Notes under the pieces: model-generated
Seen by the model: only the letters and a program-made list of their open reading frames with translations
Told to the model about the DNA's origin: nothing
The model's database searches: none
Assembly: GCA_002772995.1 (NCBI GenBank)
Contig: PFCO01000008.1
Span: 23,150-87,149, forward strand
Direction of reading: 5' to 3'
DNA length: 64,000 nt
Origin: Candidatus Niyogibacteria bacterium CG10_big_fil_rev_8_21_14_0_10_46_36
GTDB taxonomy: Bacteria; Patescibacteriota; Minisyncoccia; 1-14-0-10-42-19
Shown: one piece after another, positions 9,139-17,287 of the stretch
How the letters are laid out: every line of letters begins with the position of its first letter
Numbering within the stretch: the first letter of the stretch is position 1
Translations under genes and position numbers: made by a program

Positions 9139-9933
9139 ATGATTCGATTACGAATAATGTTGTCTTTCATCATGGCTGTTCTTGGTGTCGGATCTTTTTG
9201 GGTGATTGATGTTAGCTGGGGTGCACTTTTTGTGTTCGGGCTCCTCGGCATCATGACCCTGCTTTTCGTATCTGCATTTATTATATTCGTGTCCTCGTTC
9301 ATGCAGGTAGGCATGTTGCCGAACGGACAACTCTGCTACAATCCGAATAATTGGTATTGGCGAGTGATGGATTCGATATGGGGCAATGGGTGGGGTGATA
9401 CCGTCTCTCTTTGCAAGGCATACTGGCGTACCGTAGAAACTATAATTTTAGGGATGCTTGTAGCGGTTATCGCGGCATTCTTAATCGGTGTTGTGCCTGC
9501 TATCGTGTACGCGTTCATAAAAGACGCAAGGAGCTCCCTCATGGTAACAGGCGGTGTTATCGGAGCCTTGTCGTTCATAATCGGCATGATATGGCTTGAT
9601 AACAAATATTCCTGGTTTGGTTACGTCTGGAAGACGGTTGTTGCGTTGATACTTTTTGGTTTGCTTGTGGTGTTCCCAAGCATGGAGATAATGCAGGAGC
9701 GCGGAATCTTATTTTGGCCCGCGTTACTTGTATATCTCAAATATGCAGGCCTGATTGTGGGCTCGGTTGTAGCAGCGATTGCAGTAATAGTTGGGTGTGT
9801 GGCGGGCGCGATATACGCGACACCGGCGCTCCGCAATTCTGTAGTGTGGCAGGGGTATTCTTTTGTAAAAGAAGAGACGTGCCCGATACTTGTTAGTTGC
9901 CCCACAGCAGGAATAAAAGAAAAAACCTCATAA
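9139..9933 (+). CDS. Hypothetical polytopic membrane protein
   Basis: Ribosome-binding site taggagg 9 nt upstream of ATG 9139. The track ORF begins at an in-frame TTG at 9133. About 7 TM helices. Confidence 0.6.
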   Translation: MIRLRIMLSFIMAVLGVGSFWVIDVSWGALFVFGLLGIMTLLFVSAFIIFVSSFMQVGMLPNGQLCYNPNNWYWRVMDSIWGNGWGDTVSLCKAYWRTVETIILGMLVAVIAAFLIGVVPAIVYAFIKDARSSLMVTGGVIGALSFIIGMIWLDNKYSWFGYVWKTVVALILFGLLVVFPSMEIMQERGILFWPALLVYLKYAGLIVGSVVAAIAVIVGCVAGAIYATPALRNSVVWQGYSFVKEETCPILVSCPTAGIKEKTS

Positions 9934-10045
9934 CAACAGTGAATAAAAAAGCGTATCCGTTGCGATGCGCTTTTTATGTTATTGAGATTGTGTTTCGTCC
10001 CCTCCCGTAGCATAATAGGGAAAAGAATTATTATTTATTTTTGAT

Positions 10046-10822
10046 TTGTATATGAAAGCGGTTATTATTTCTATTCTTGTAATAGTATTAGTGGCGGGCG
10101 CGCTGTATGTCAGGAACATGCAAAAAGACGCATACCCCGGAGGAGACGAACCCCTAAACGGGATAAGCGACGCCATGTCCGGTTATTTTGAAAAACAAAT
10201 GATTGCGCGGGGCGTTGACGCTATAGGCGGCCAGCCCATTGAAGGGTTTGACGCGCATTTGCTTATGATTGCGTTTCCCGGGCTCGTGGTGAATGATTTT
10301 GATGGTGTGGAGACATTTGAGGGGCGATATAGTGTCGTAGACGGCGCGCTTGAGTTTATGCGCGAGCAAGAGAGCCCGATATCTTCTGCGGAACTCACGA
10401 TTTCATCGGAGGGCTACAAACAATTGCTTTTGCATGTGTCGCGCCGTTTGAAAGCCGACATCTCAAGCGACAGCGCGATAGATGCGCTTATTGATTTAAT
10501 TGATGTGCAGGCATTCGTCTCGATGAGGCTTGGAGAAACCGCAGGAGACTTGGATGTTACTATTACGCCGCTTGAAGTGCTTGAGGATAGCCGTTGTCCG
10601 ACGGACGCGGTGTGTATCCAGGCGGGGACTATACGGCTTCGTGCCCGTTTAGTAAGCGGACTTGGAGAGGCTAATCAAATATTTGTTCTCGGTATGCCTA
10701 TTACTACGGAGGCTGAAGAAATAACGCTTGTATCTGCAGAGCCAGAGCCATTTGCGGGTGTACTGATAGAAGACAGCGAATATCTGTTTCGGTTTGAAAT
10801 AACAAAACGGAAGTCATTTTAG
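10046..10822 (+). CDS. Hypothetical membrane-anchored or secreted protein (258 aa)
   Basis: N-terminal TM anchor MYMKAVIISILVIVLVAGALYV, followed by a terminator hairpin. Confidence 0.6.
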   Translation: MYMKAVIISILVIVLVAGALYVRNMQKDAYPGGDEPLNGISDAMSGYFEKQMIARGVDAIGGQPIEGFDAHLLMIAFPGLVVNDFDGVETFEGRYSVVDGALEFMREQESPISSAELTISSEGYKQLLLHVSRRLKADISSDSAIDALIDLIDVQAFVSMRLGETAGDLDVTITPLEVLEDSRCPTDAVCIQAGTIRLRARLVSGLGEANQIFVLGMPITTEAEEITLVSAEPEPFAGVLIEDSEYLFRFEITKRKSF

Positions 10823-10831
10823 ACACACTAT

Positions 10832-10862
10832 AAAAAATCCGCCGCGATATGCGGCGGTTTTT
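10832..10862. terminator. Bidirectional rho-independent terminator (CCGCCGC-gatat-GCGGCGG, then TTTTT)
   Basis: Seen in sequence between convergent genes 10046..10822 (+) and 10869..11513 (-). Confidence 0.85.
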
Positions 10863-10868
10863 GTATAA

Positions 10869-11513
10869 TTATGCTTTCTCTTTCCAGTCGGCATTCATTT
10901 TGCCGGCTGAGCGTTTAAACATCTGGATGAATGTTTTGAGTGGCATATCCCAAATAGATGGATAGGTGTCGGTCCGTGCGGTATAGTCGTCACGCAAATC
11001 GCGGCGGACAGTACGCTTGCCTTTTTCTTCGTTAAGTGTTTGATAATCATCTTTCCCCGGTGTTTTTTCGTGTTCACCGAAACCGCACACGACGCATAAG
11101 CGGTATCCGCTCGTATCATCATCATAATCATGTATATACGAACCCTCGTAGCCGTCGTAGCTCAGGACACATGGGTGGGGGCACTCCCTTCCTAATGTTT
11201 CTTTCATTGCGTCAATGTCATTCAGCAGCGTGCTGTATTGGCGGACGGTGATATCGCCGTTTGATGTTTTTGCCATAGCGCAAAGAATCTTATTTCTGAG
11301 GGCTATGGCGGCTTCTGGTATCCCGGTTTCTATAAAGATACGGTCGGAGATTGTCTTGATATCCCGTTCCGCATCCCGGATATGTTCTTCAAGACTGTGT
11401 ATGTTCCCCAGCATTTTTTTTGATTCTGCCAACAGTTCTTGTTTTTGCTGCTTGAGCTTTTTGATGTATTGCTTTGTCTCCTCAAGCTTCTTTTTGAGAT
11501 TAGCGCTTCCCAT
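10869..11513 (-). CDS. Hypothetical coiled-coil protein with C-x3-C ... C-x2-C zinc-ribbon-like motif
   Basis: ATG at 11513 with ribosome-binding site AAGGAG upstream on the minus strand. The N-terminal 70 aa are heptad-rich and Lys/Glu-rich; ECPHPC...CVVCG follows. Confidence 0.6.
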   Translation of the reverse strand: MGSANLKKKLEETKQYIKKLKQQKQELLAESKKMLGNIHSLEEHIRDAERDIKTISDRIFIETGIPEAAIALRNKILCAMAKTSNGDITVRQYSTLLNDIDAMKETLGRECPHPCVLSYDGYEGSYIHDYDDDTSGYRLCVVCGFGEHEKTPGKDDYQTLNEEKGKRTVRRDLRDDYTARTDTYPSIWDMPLKTFIQMFKRSAGKMNADWKEKA

Positions 11514-11606
11514 GGGGGCGTCTCCTTTGTGAAAGAATGTATTTTTCCTACTATATCAAAAGCGAAGAGGAACAAAAAATAGGCGAGATAGGTGTAATGG
11601 AATAGG

Positions 11607-11635
11607 TTGACAAAACATAAAAAATATGATAGAAT
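11607..11635 (+). promoter_or_regulatory. Sigma70-like promoter TTGACA-17nt-TAGAAT
   Basis: Seen in sequence: TTGACA 11607-11612, 17-nt spacer, TAGAAT 11630-11635. GAGGAGG ribosome-binding site at 11644 and ATG at 11658. Confidence 0.6.
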
Positions 11636-11657
11636 CCTCCGCAGAGGAGGATTAATA

Positions 11658-12014
11658 ATGAACGAAGAACAAAAAAAGAAAAGATCGGTAGTTTTTTGGG
11701 TTGCGTATGCTGTATATTATGTAATTACCTTTTTTACGGCTCCGTGGTTCCGGGCAAAATTATATCTTGCTTGGGATGAATATCAGGAGTTCGGGCATTA
11801 TCGGGAACGGGTATCCGTTGTGGACGTTATCTGGGCTATGCAGCATTTTTTTGCGGATAAATGGGAGCGGCAGTATTATTATAGGCAACGCATTAAACGG
11901 TACCCTCGCTTACGCTGGCTTGTTCTGTTCACTCCATGGATATTTGAAAAGCCGGCAATGTTTGATTTAATAGTGCGGGAGGGGCTCACAAAAAAAGTTT
12001 TGCGGGAGGTATGA
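11658..12014 (+). CDS. Hypothetical protein (118 aa) with N-terminal TM helix
   Basis: ATG 11658 is preceded by GAGGAGG. The longer track ORF starts at the TTG inside the -35 box and is therefore unlikely. Confidence 0.55.
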   Translation: MNEEQKKKRSVVFWVAYAVYYVITFFTAPWFRAKLYLAWDEYQEFGHYRERVSVVDVIWAMQHFFADKWERQYYYRQRIKRYPRLRWLVLFTPWIFEKPAMFDLIVREGLTKKVLREV

Positions 12015-12260
12015 ATGGGGCTTACTATCATGCTGGGCGGCAAGTGTTTACGCGCTCTGGCGGAGCGCGGGGAATGCGAGATACTTATGAGAAGGTCTTA
12101 CGCTCGCATTATCGATCCAGGCAACATTATTGCTATCCCAATTGTTCTTGCTCGCGAACAAAATATAGAACACATGCCTGTTCTTGTTGAGAGCATACAA
12201 GACACGAATAAGCGGGGCATAGTATCCGTCTCGCTCAAAAGAGCAGAAGAAAAAAAATAA
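12015..12260 (+). CDS. Hypothetical small protein (81 aa)
   Basis: ORF immediately after the upstream stop, followed by a terminator at 12283-12321. Confidence 0.4.
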   Translation: MGLTIMLGGKCLRALAERGECEILMRRSYARIIDPGNIIAIPIVLAREQNIEHMPVLVESIQDTNKRGIVSVSLKRAEEKK

Positions 12261-12282
12261 ATCCCAAGACGCTGTTTTAGCT

Positions 12283-12321
12283 GCGGCCGAACGAAATATG
12301 TTCGGCCGTTTTTATTTTTTT
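12283..12321 (+). terminator. Rho-independent terminator (CGGCCGAAC-gaaatat-GTTCGGCCG, then TTTTTATTTTTTT)
   Basis: Seen in sequence. Confidence 0.85.
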
Positions 12322-12347
12322 AATATTTGGTATAGTATGACTGCATC

Positions 12348-12557
12348 ATGAGAGAATATGTTTCAAATAGTGTATATGATTTGCGGAGCAAGCGGGGCAT
12401 CACACAGCAGGAGCTCGCAGACAGCCTAGGCGTTACCCGTCAGACCGTTATTGCGATAGAAAAAGGAAATTATATCCCTTCGGTGCTTTTAGCATTAAAG
12501 ATATCACGGTTTTTTAGGGAACCGGTTGAAAAAATTTTTATTTTTAGTAAGAAATGA
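12348..12557 (+). CDS. XRE-family helix-turn-helix transcriptional regulator (small Cro/C1-type)
   Basis: RGITQQELADSLGVTRQTVIAIEKGNYIPSVLLALKISRFF is a canonical HTH_3 domain (69 aa). Confidence 0.8.
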   Translation: MREYVSNSVYDLRSKRGITQQELADSLGVTRQTVIAIEKGNYIPSVLLALKISRFFREPVEKIFIFSKK

Positions 12558-12561
12558 TAGT

Positions 12562-12930
12562 ATGCACACTGTGTTTGCAAAGGAAATCATAATATCGGTC
12601 ATTCTTATAGCGCTTGGTATTCTGTTTTTGAATCCTTTTATGATATGGATGCCCGCACCCCTGCTCTATATGGTTAGCGCGGTATTCGTCATATTGTTCG
12701 CTGTGTTTTTGGTGTTTGTGTGGCGCGAGCGCGTGCGCGATGAACGCGAGGACTTGCATCGGATGATTGCGGCGCGCATCGGGTACTTGTTAGGCATGGC
12801 AACGCTTGCGAGCGTGCTTTTGGTGCAGGCGGTTATGACGCATCATACTGACCCCTGGATTATTGCGGCGCTTCTTATTATGGTCATGGGGAAGACCGTA
12901 GGCATGATCTATAGCAGGATGCGATATTGA
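12562..12930 (+). CDS. Hypothetical membrane protein (3 TM) paired with the XRE regulator
   Basis: In-frame ATG at 12562 just after the regulator's stop. The small-HTH plus membrane-protein pairing is a common two-gene module. Confidence 0.5.
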   Translation: MHTVFAKEIIISVILIALGILFLNPFMIWMPAPLLYMVSAVFVILFAVFLVFVWRERVRDEREDLHRMIAARIGYLLGMATLASVLLVQAVMTHHTDPWIIAALLIMVMGKTVGMIYSRMRY

Positions 12931-12943
12931 TCTATCCACAGGA

Positions 12944-12971
12944 GATGTAAAGCATGCTTTACATCTTTTTT
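12944..12971 (+). terminator. Rho-independent terminator, perfect 11-bp palindrome GATGTAAAGCAT/ATGCTTTACATC, then TTTTTT
   Basis: Seen in sequence. Confidence 0.85.
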
Positions 12972-13096
12972 AAAAGCGCTATACTGGTGAGTATACCCGA
13001 GGAGAAGCTTGCTCTCGGCATAAGAACTTTTGCCAGTTGCTTCTAACGGGACAGGGTCTTTTTATTTTTTATTAGCACTTATAGATTTTTTTAATC

Positions 13097-13678
13097 ATGA
13101 AATCAAAAGGATTTATTATGCCGCTTATTATTGTGATAATCGCGGCGGGTATTATTGGCGCTGTAGTGTACATGCAGCGATCATCCGATACATACAAGGG
13201 CGATGACGCCATGATGGAAGATGACATGACGAAGGATGATGCCATGATGGAAGGAGATGAAATGATGGAAGGAGACGCAACCATGGAAGTACCCGCGCCG
13301 GGCAATGAAGGGGTTGATGAAATGATGGAAGGCGGTGATGTGATGATGGAGGGTGAATCTCCAAAAACAGTTACTGTCACCTATACGCAGAATGGCTTTT
13401 CTCCGTCTCCCGTGAATGTGAGTGTCGGTGACACGGTCCGTTTTATGAATGAAAGCGGGCGCTCATTTTGGCCTGCATCCGCGTTTCATCCGACACACAC
13501 CGTATATCCCGGTTCGGACATAAAAAAATGCGGCACAGCAGAAGCAGCAACTATTTTTGACGCGTGCCGAGAAATTGTTTCCGGGCAGTCGTACTCTTTT
13601 ACGTTCACTGAAGCGGGGACATGGAATTATCATGACCATCTGAACGCATCGGAGTTTGGTTCTATTATAGTGAAATAG
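13097..13678 (+). CDS. Exported Met-rich protein with C-terminal cupredoxin-like domain
   Basis: N-terminal anchor or signal MKSKGFIMPLIIVIIAAGIIGAVV. Residues 36-87 contain 12 Met in D-x-MMEG-[DG] repeats. The C-terminal roughly 100 aa resembles a cupredoxin-like beta-sandwich (VTVTYTQNGFSPSPVNVSVGDTVRFMN...GTWNYHDHLNASEFGSIIVK), but the canonical type-1 copper Cys ligand is not obvious. Confidence 0.7.
   Translation: MKSKGFIMPLIIVIIAAGIIGAVVYMQRSSDTYKGDDAMMEDDMTKDDAMMEGDEMMEGDATMEVPAPGNEGVDEMMEGGDVMMEGESPKTVTVTYTQNGFSPSPVNVSVGDTVRFMNESGRSFWPASAFHPTHTVYPGSDIKKCGTAEAATIFDACREIVSGQSYSFTFTEAGTWNYHDHLNASEFGSIIVK
13202..13357 (+). repeat. In-frame tandem-like coding repeats encoding a Met-rich low-complexity region (four MMEG units)
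   Basis: Nucleotide repeats gatgccatgatggaaggagat / gaaatgatggaaggagac / gatgaaatgatggaaggcggt / gtgatgatggagggtgaa. Confidence 0.7.
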
Positions 13679-13680
13679 CC

Positions 13681-14295
13681 ATGCGCGAAACCCGCACAGG
13701 ATTTGGAACGGTCATTCTGATAGTTTTTGCGGCGATTATTCTTTTGGGTGGCGGCGCATACATTGTTTTAGAGAAGAACACCGCTACTGATCGCGGCAGC
13801 GAGGAGCGTATGGATACCGAAAAAGATACGGGCATGACGGAGGAAGAAGCACCGAAAAAAGATGATAAAGATAATACCGCGAGCAAGGATTCAATGGATG
13901 GCGCAGACACAGAGACATCTTTTAGCAGCGTGGTGCTTGCGGGGTCGGAGTCACTGCTCCTTGATTTTTCAAAAATGGATTACGAAAAAGCTCTTTCCTC
14001 AAAAAAGATAGTAGTGCTTTACTTTTATGCGAACTGGTGCCCGATATGTAAGGCGGAATTTCCGAAGATGCAATCGGCGTTCAACGGGTTTTCAGATGCA
14101 GATATTATCGGTTTCCGTGTGAACTTTAACGATAACGAAACCGACCAATACGAAAAAGACCTTGCGCGCCAGTTCGGTGTTGCCTATCAGCATACGAAAG
14201 TCATCTTGAAAAATGGAGAGCGGGTACTCAAATCTCCTGAGTCATGGGAAGAGAACCGCTACATATCCGAAATTAATGCCATAGCAGTGAATTAA
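13681..14295 (+). CDS. Membrane-anchored thioredoxin-fold thiol:disulfide oxidoreductase (TlpA/ResA-like)
   Basis: N-terminal TM helix; VVLYFYANWCPICKAEFPK carries a CxxC (CPIC) motif in a thioredoxin-like context. Confidence 0.8.
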   Translation: MRETRTGFGTVILIVFAAIILLGGGAYIVLEKNTATDRGSEERMDTEKDTGMTEEEAPKKDDKDNTASKDSMDGADTETSFSSVVLAGSESLLLDFSKMDYEKALSSKKIVVLYFYANWCPICKAEFPKMQSAFNGFSDADIIGFRVNFNDNETDQYEKDLARQFGVAYQHTKVILKNGERVLKSPESWEENRYISEINAIAVN

Positions 14296-14297
14296 TT

Positions 14298-15002
14298 ATG
14301 CTTGATGTGTCGTTCATCGTCGCTTTTTTAGCAGGGTTGGTATCGTTTTTATCTCCCTGTGTGCTCCCGATAGTCCCGGGCTTTTTGGCGTATCTTTCAG
14401 GAACATCTACTTCGGAATCCGCAAGCCGGCTCCGTATCTTTTTGAACAGCTTTGTGTTTGTTCTCGGATTTTCGGTCGTATTTGCCCTGTTGGGTGTGCT
14501 CCTGAACACGCTTTTAGAATCGGTTGCGTATGATGTTCAGATATGGCTCGCGAGGATTGGCGGTGCGATCATTATCTTTTTTGGGTTGTATCTTGCTGGG
14601 CTCTTTCATATCCCGTTCTTAGAACAGCAGCATAAATTCGCCGTAAAAAAGAAATTCGCAAATTCATACATCACCTCATTTTTATTCGGCGCTGCGTTTG
14701 CTGCCGGGTGGACTCCATGCGTGGGTGCAGCGCTTGGCGCTATTCTTGGACTGGCGGCCACCGCTCCCGGGAAAGCATTTTATCTCTTGTTTATGTATTC
14801 ATTAGGGCTTGGCGTTCCGTTTCTGATCGTGGGGCTTTTTGTTTCCCGCGCAGAGGCTTATATCAACCGGTATGCAGGAGCACTTTCGTATGTAAGCAAG
14901 GCATTCGGCATCATTCTGATCGTTCTCGGAGTGCTTGTTTTTACCCAGAGCTTGAATTTGATAGCAAATTTCGGTTTTCTTAATAACTTGTTGCTGCAGT
15001 GA
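14298..15002 (+). CDS. ccdA: Cytochrome c-type biogenesis / thiol-reductant transfer membrane protein CcdA (DsbD transmembrane-core family)
   Basis: LSPCVLPIVPGF and GWTPCVGAALGA are the two conserved Cys motifs of CcdA/DsbD-beta. Six TM helices. Confidence 0.85.
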   Translation: MLDVSFIVAFLAGLVSFLSPCVLPIVPGFLAYLSGTSTSESASRLRIFLNSFVFVLGFSVVFALLGVLLNTLLESVAYDVQIWLARIGGAIIIFFGLYLAGLFHIPFLEQQHKFAVKKKFANSYITSFLFGAAFAAGWTPCVGAALGAILGLAATAPGKAFYLLFMYSLGLGVPFLIVGLFVSRAEAYINRYAGALSYVSKAFGIILIVLGVLVFTQSLNLIANFGFLNNLLLQ

Positions 15003-16132
15003 TGACTGTATCAAAACAAACAATCTTTTCTGTTGTAGTACTGGTGCTTGTTGTGGGTGCGATAGTGTATCTTGAATCACGGAAAGCGGACATCCCGTCA
15101 TTATTGGGGAACCAAGATGTAACTATCTTGAACGAAGGAGAGCGCGTTGCCGAAAAAGAAAAAAAATTTGAACCGGCAAAAGAAATATCAACGCCGGACG
15201 GATTTATCAATACCGATGGTGTTACGATAAGCGAGCTTATCGGTAAAAAAATCATCTTGGTTGATTTTTGGACATATTCCTGTATCAATTGCCAGCGCAC
15301 TACCCCGTATTTAAATTCATGGTATGAAAAATATGCGGACGACGGGCTGGTTATTTTGGGTCTTCACACGCCCGAGTTTGAATTTGAGAAAGATTATGAC
15401 AACGTGGCTCGTGCGGTGGAGAAATTTGGCATTGAATATCCGGTTGTATTAGATAACGACTATTCTACATGGCGATCGTATGAGAACCGGTATTGGCCAC
15501 GCAAATACTTGATAGATATAGATGGCTTTATTGTGTATGACCACATTGGTGAAGGAGCGTACGAAGAAACGGAACAGAAGATAGTAGAATTGTTAAATGA
15601 ACGGAGCGCCGTATTAGGAGAAGATGCGGTTACGCTGGACGAAAAAAACCCGGAGTATATCCAGGATGTTGAGTTTGATAAGGTGCAGTCTCCCGAAATG
15701 TATTTTGGGTACGACCGTTTGCAATATATTGGAAATACATTTTTACGCTCATGTTTGGATTCGGTTTGCGATTTTGATGCAAAAACAGATATTCAGCGAA
15801 ATACATTTAATTTAGATGGCTCGTGGCAGATAGGGCCGGAGGATACGGTGCTCAAGAACGGCGAGGGTGCAATCATACTCGGGTTTTCTGCGTCAAAAGT
15901 AAATCTTGTTGCCGGGACTGACGGTGGCGAGATAGAAGCAGAGATATATCTTGATGGAGAGCGGGTTGATGCGGCATACAAGGGCGCGGATGTTGATGAA
16001 AATGGTGTTGTGCGGTTCGGCGCACATGACCTGTATAATCTGATAGATTTGCATGGAGACTACGGCGAGCATGTCCTCTGGATAATGATAAAGCAGCCCG
16101 GACTCCAGGCATTTGCGTTTACGTTCGGGTAA
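14999..16132 (+). CDS. Membrane-anchored thioredoxin-like protein (CINC active site) with an extra C-terminal beta-rich domain; DipZ C-terminal-like
   Basis: N-terminal TM helix; WTYSCINCQRTTPYL CxxC motif; YWPRKYLIDIDGFIV is redoxin-like. A C-terminal domain of about 150 aa resembles the carbohydrate-binding-like domain found after the thioredoxin domain in mycobacterial DipZ (recognition from memory). Overlaps the ccdA stop by 4 nt. Confidence 0.75.
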   Translation: MMTVSKQTIFSVVVLVLVVGAIVYLESRKADIPSLLGNQDVTILNEGERVAEKEKKFEPAKEISTPDGFINTDGVTISELIGKKIILVDFWTYSCINCQRTTPYLNSWYEKYADDGLVILGLHTPEFEFEKDYDNVARAVEKFGIEYPVVLDNDYSTWRSYENRYWPRKYLIDIDGFIVYDHIGEGAYEETEQKIVELLNERSAVLGEDAVTLDEKNPEYIQDVEFDKVQSPEMYFGYDRLQYIGNTFLRSCLDSVCDFDAKTDIQRNTFNLDGSWQIGPEDTVLKNGEGAIILGFSASKVNLVAGTDGGEIEAEIYLDGERVDAAYKGADVDENGVVRFGAHDLYNLIDLHGDYGEHVLWIMIKQPGLQAFAFTFG

Positions 16133-16153
16133 TATGCAAAATGTATAAATAAC

Positions 16154-16179
16154 AAAAATACCGCCTATGCGGTATTTTT
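16154..16179 (+). terminator. Rho-independent terminator (ATACCGC-ctat-GCGGTAT, then TTTTT)
   Basis: Seen in sequence between the thioredoxin-like gene and msrA. Confidence 0.8.
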
Positions 16180-16193
16180 GTTATGATGACGAT

Positions 16194-16736
16194 ATGAATA
16201 AAAAAGTAATTGTTTTTGGCGGAGGCTGTTTTTGGTGCACCGAAGCCGTGTTCAAAATGCTTAAGGGTGTTCTTTCTGTAACCCCGGGTTATGCGGGCGG
16301 TACGACAAAAGACCCTTCCTATGAAGACGTATCAGCGCATAAAACAGGACATGCCGAAGTCGTGCGCATTGAATATGATGCTGATATCATGCCGCTCCAT
16401 GATTTGTTAACGGTATTTTTTGCAACGCATGACCCGACAACGCCCAACCGCCAGGGAAATGATGTCGGTGAACAGTATCGCTCCATTATTTTGTACACGG
16501 ACGAAGAGCAAAAAAAAGAAGCGGAAGCGTTTATCGAAAAATTAAACGGATCAATGGAGGAAGGCGAGCCAATAATAACCGCAATACAGCCGCTTGATGC
16601 GTTTTATGAAGCAGAAGATTATCACAAAGATTATTTTGAGAAAAATCCGCAAAATCCCTATTGTCAAATAGTTATCAACCCCAAGCTCGACAAGGTCCAA
16701 AAGGAATTTGCAGAGCTGGTAAAAGAAAATGAATAG
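16194..16736 (+). CDS. msrA: Peptide methionine sulfoxide reductase MsrA
   Basis: GGGCFWCTEAVF active-site motif, GYAGG, HAEVVRIEYD. ATG 16194 is chosen because the longer track ORF overlaps the terminator hairpin. No signal peptide. Confidence 0.9.
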   Translation: MNKKVIVFGGGCFWCTEAVFKMLKGVLSVTPGYAGGTTKDPSYEDVSAHKTGHAEVVRIEYDADIMPLHDLLTVFFATHDPTTPNRQGNDVGEQYRSIILYTDEEQKKEAEAFIEKLNGSMEEGEPIITAIQPLDAFYEAEDYHKDYFEKNPQNPYCQIVINPKLDKVQKEFAELVKENE

Positions 16737-17274
16737 TATGCACGAACACACTCATGGGCAGGAACACGCGGGACATGTGGATACGTCAGCGATTCGCCGT
16801 TCATTCCGCGATTTTATTCCCCTTGTGGTTATTTTTGGGGTTATTGCTCTTTTCACGATTATGCAAAGCATGCGAGCGGGTGCGTGGGAGACCGCGTATC
16901 TTATGCGCAATTTTATGGGAGCATTTTTTATCGTATTCGGAGGATTTAAAATCATACGATGGAAGGGCTTTGTGGATGCATACCAGATATACGACATTGT
17001 CGCAAAACGAAGTAGGGTGTATGGGTATACATACCCCATAATAGAGTTAGGGCTTGGGTTTTCGTATCTTTTTTCGTTCCAACTTGCTCTTGTTCAAGTA
17101 ATAACAATAGCAATCATGTGCATCGGGGCTATTGGAGTAGGGCAGGAGCTAGTGAAAAAGAACACCATCCCATGTGCTTGTCTTGGTGTGGTGTTTAAAA
17201 TACCTATGACCAAAGTAACGTTTTTTGAAGACATTCTCATGGCGGCAATGGCTGCGGGGATGTTTTTTGTGTAA
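16729..17274 (+). CDS. MauE/DoxX-like redox-associated membrane protein with His-rich N-terminus
   Basis: Four TM helices and a conserved-looking PCACLG Cys pair near the C-terminus. The N-terminal MHEHTHGQEHAGH is His-rich. Family assignment is by resemblance only. Confidence 0.55.
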   Translation: MNSMHEHTHGQEHAGHVDTSAIRRSFRDFIPLVVIFGVIALFTIMQSMRAGAWETAYLMRNFMGAFFIVFGGFKIIRWKGFVDAYQIYDIVAKRSRVYGYTYPIIELGLGFSYLFSFQLALVQVITIAIMCIGAIGVGQELVKKNTIPCACLGVVFKIPMTKVTFFEDILMAAMAAGMFFV

Positions 17275-17287
17275 TACTGAATTGTGT

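Noticed and set aside
16729-17274. Considered calling the His-rich N-terminus (MHEHTHGQEHAGH) of the MauE/DoxX-like protein a dedicated metal-sensing domain
   Set aside because: A 13-residue His/Glu-rich tail is suggestive, but it is too short and too common as low-complexity sequence to support a functional claim. It is mentioned only within the redox-cluster finding.
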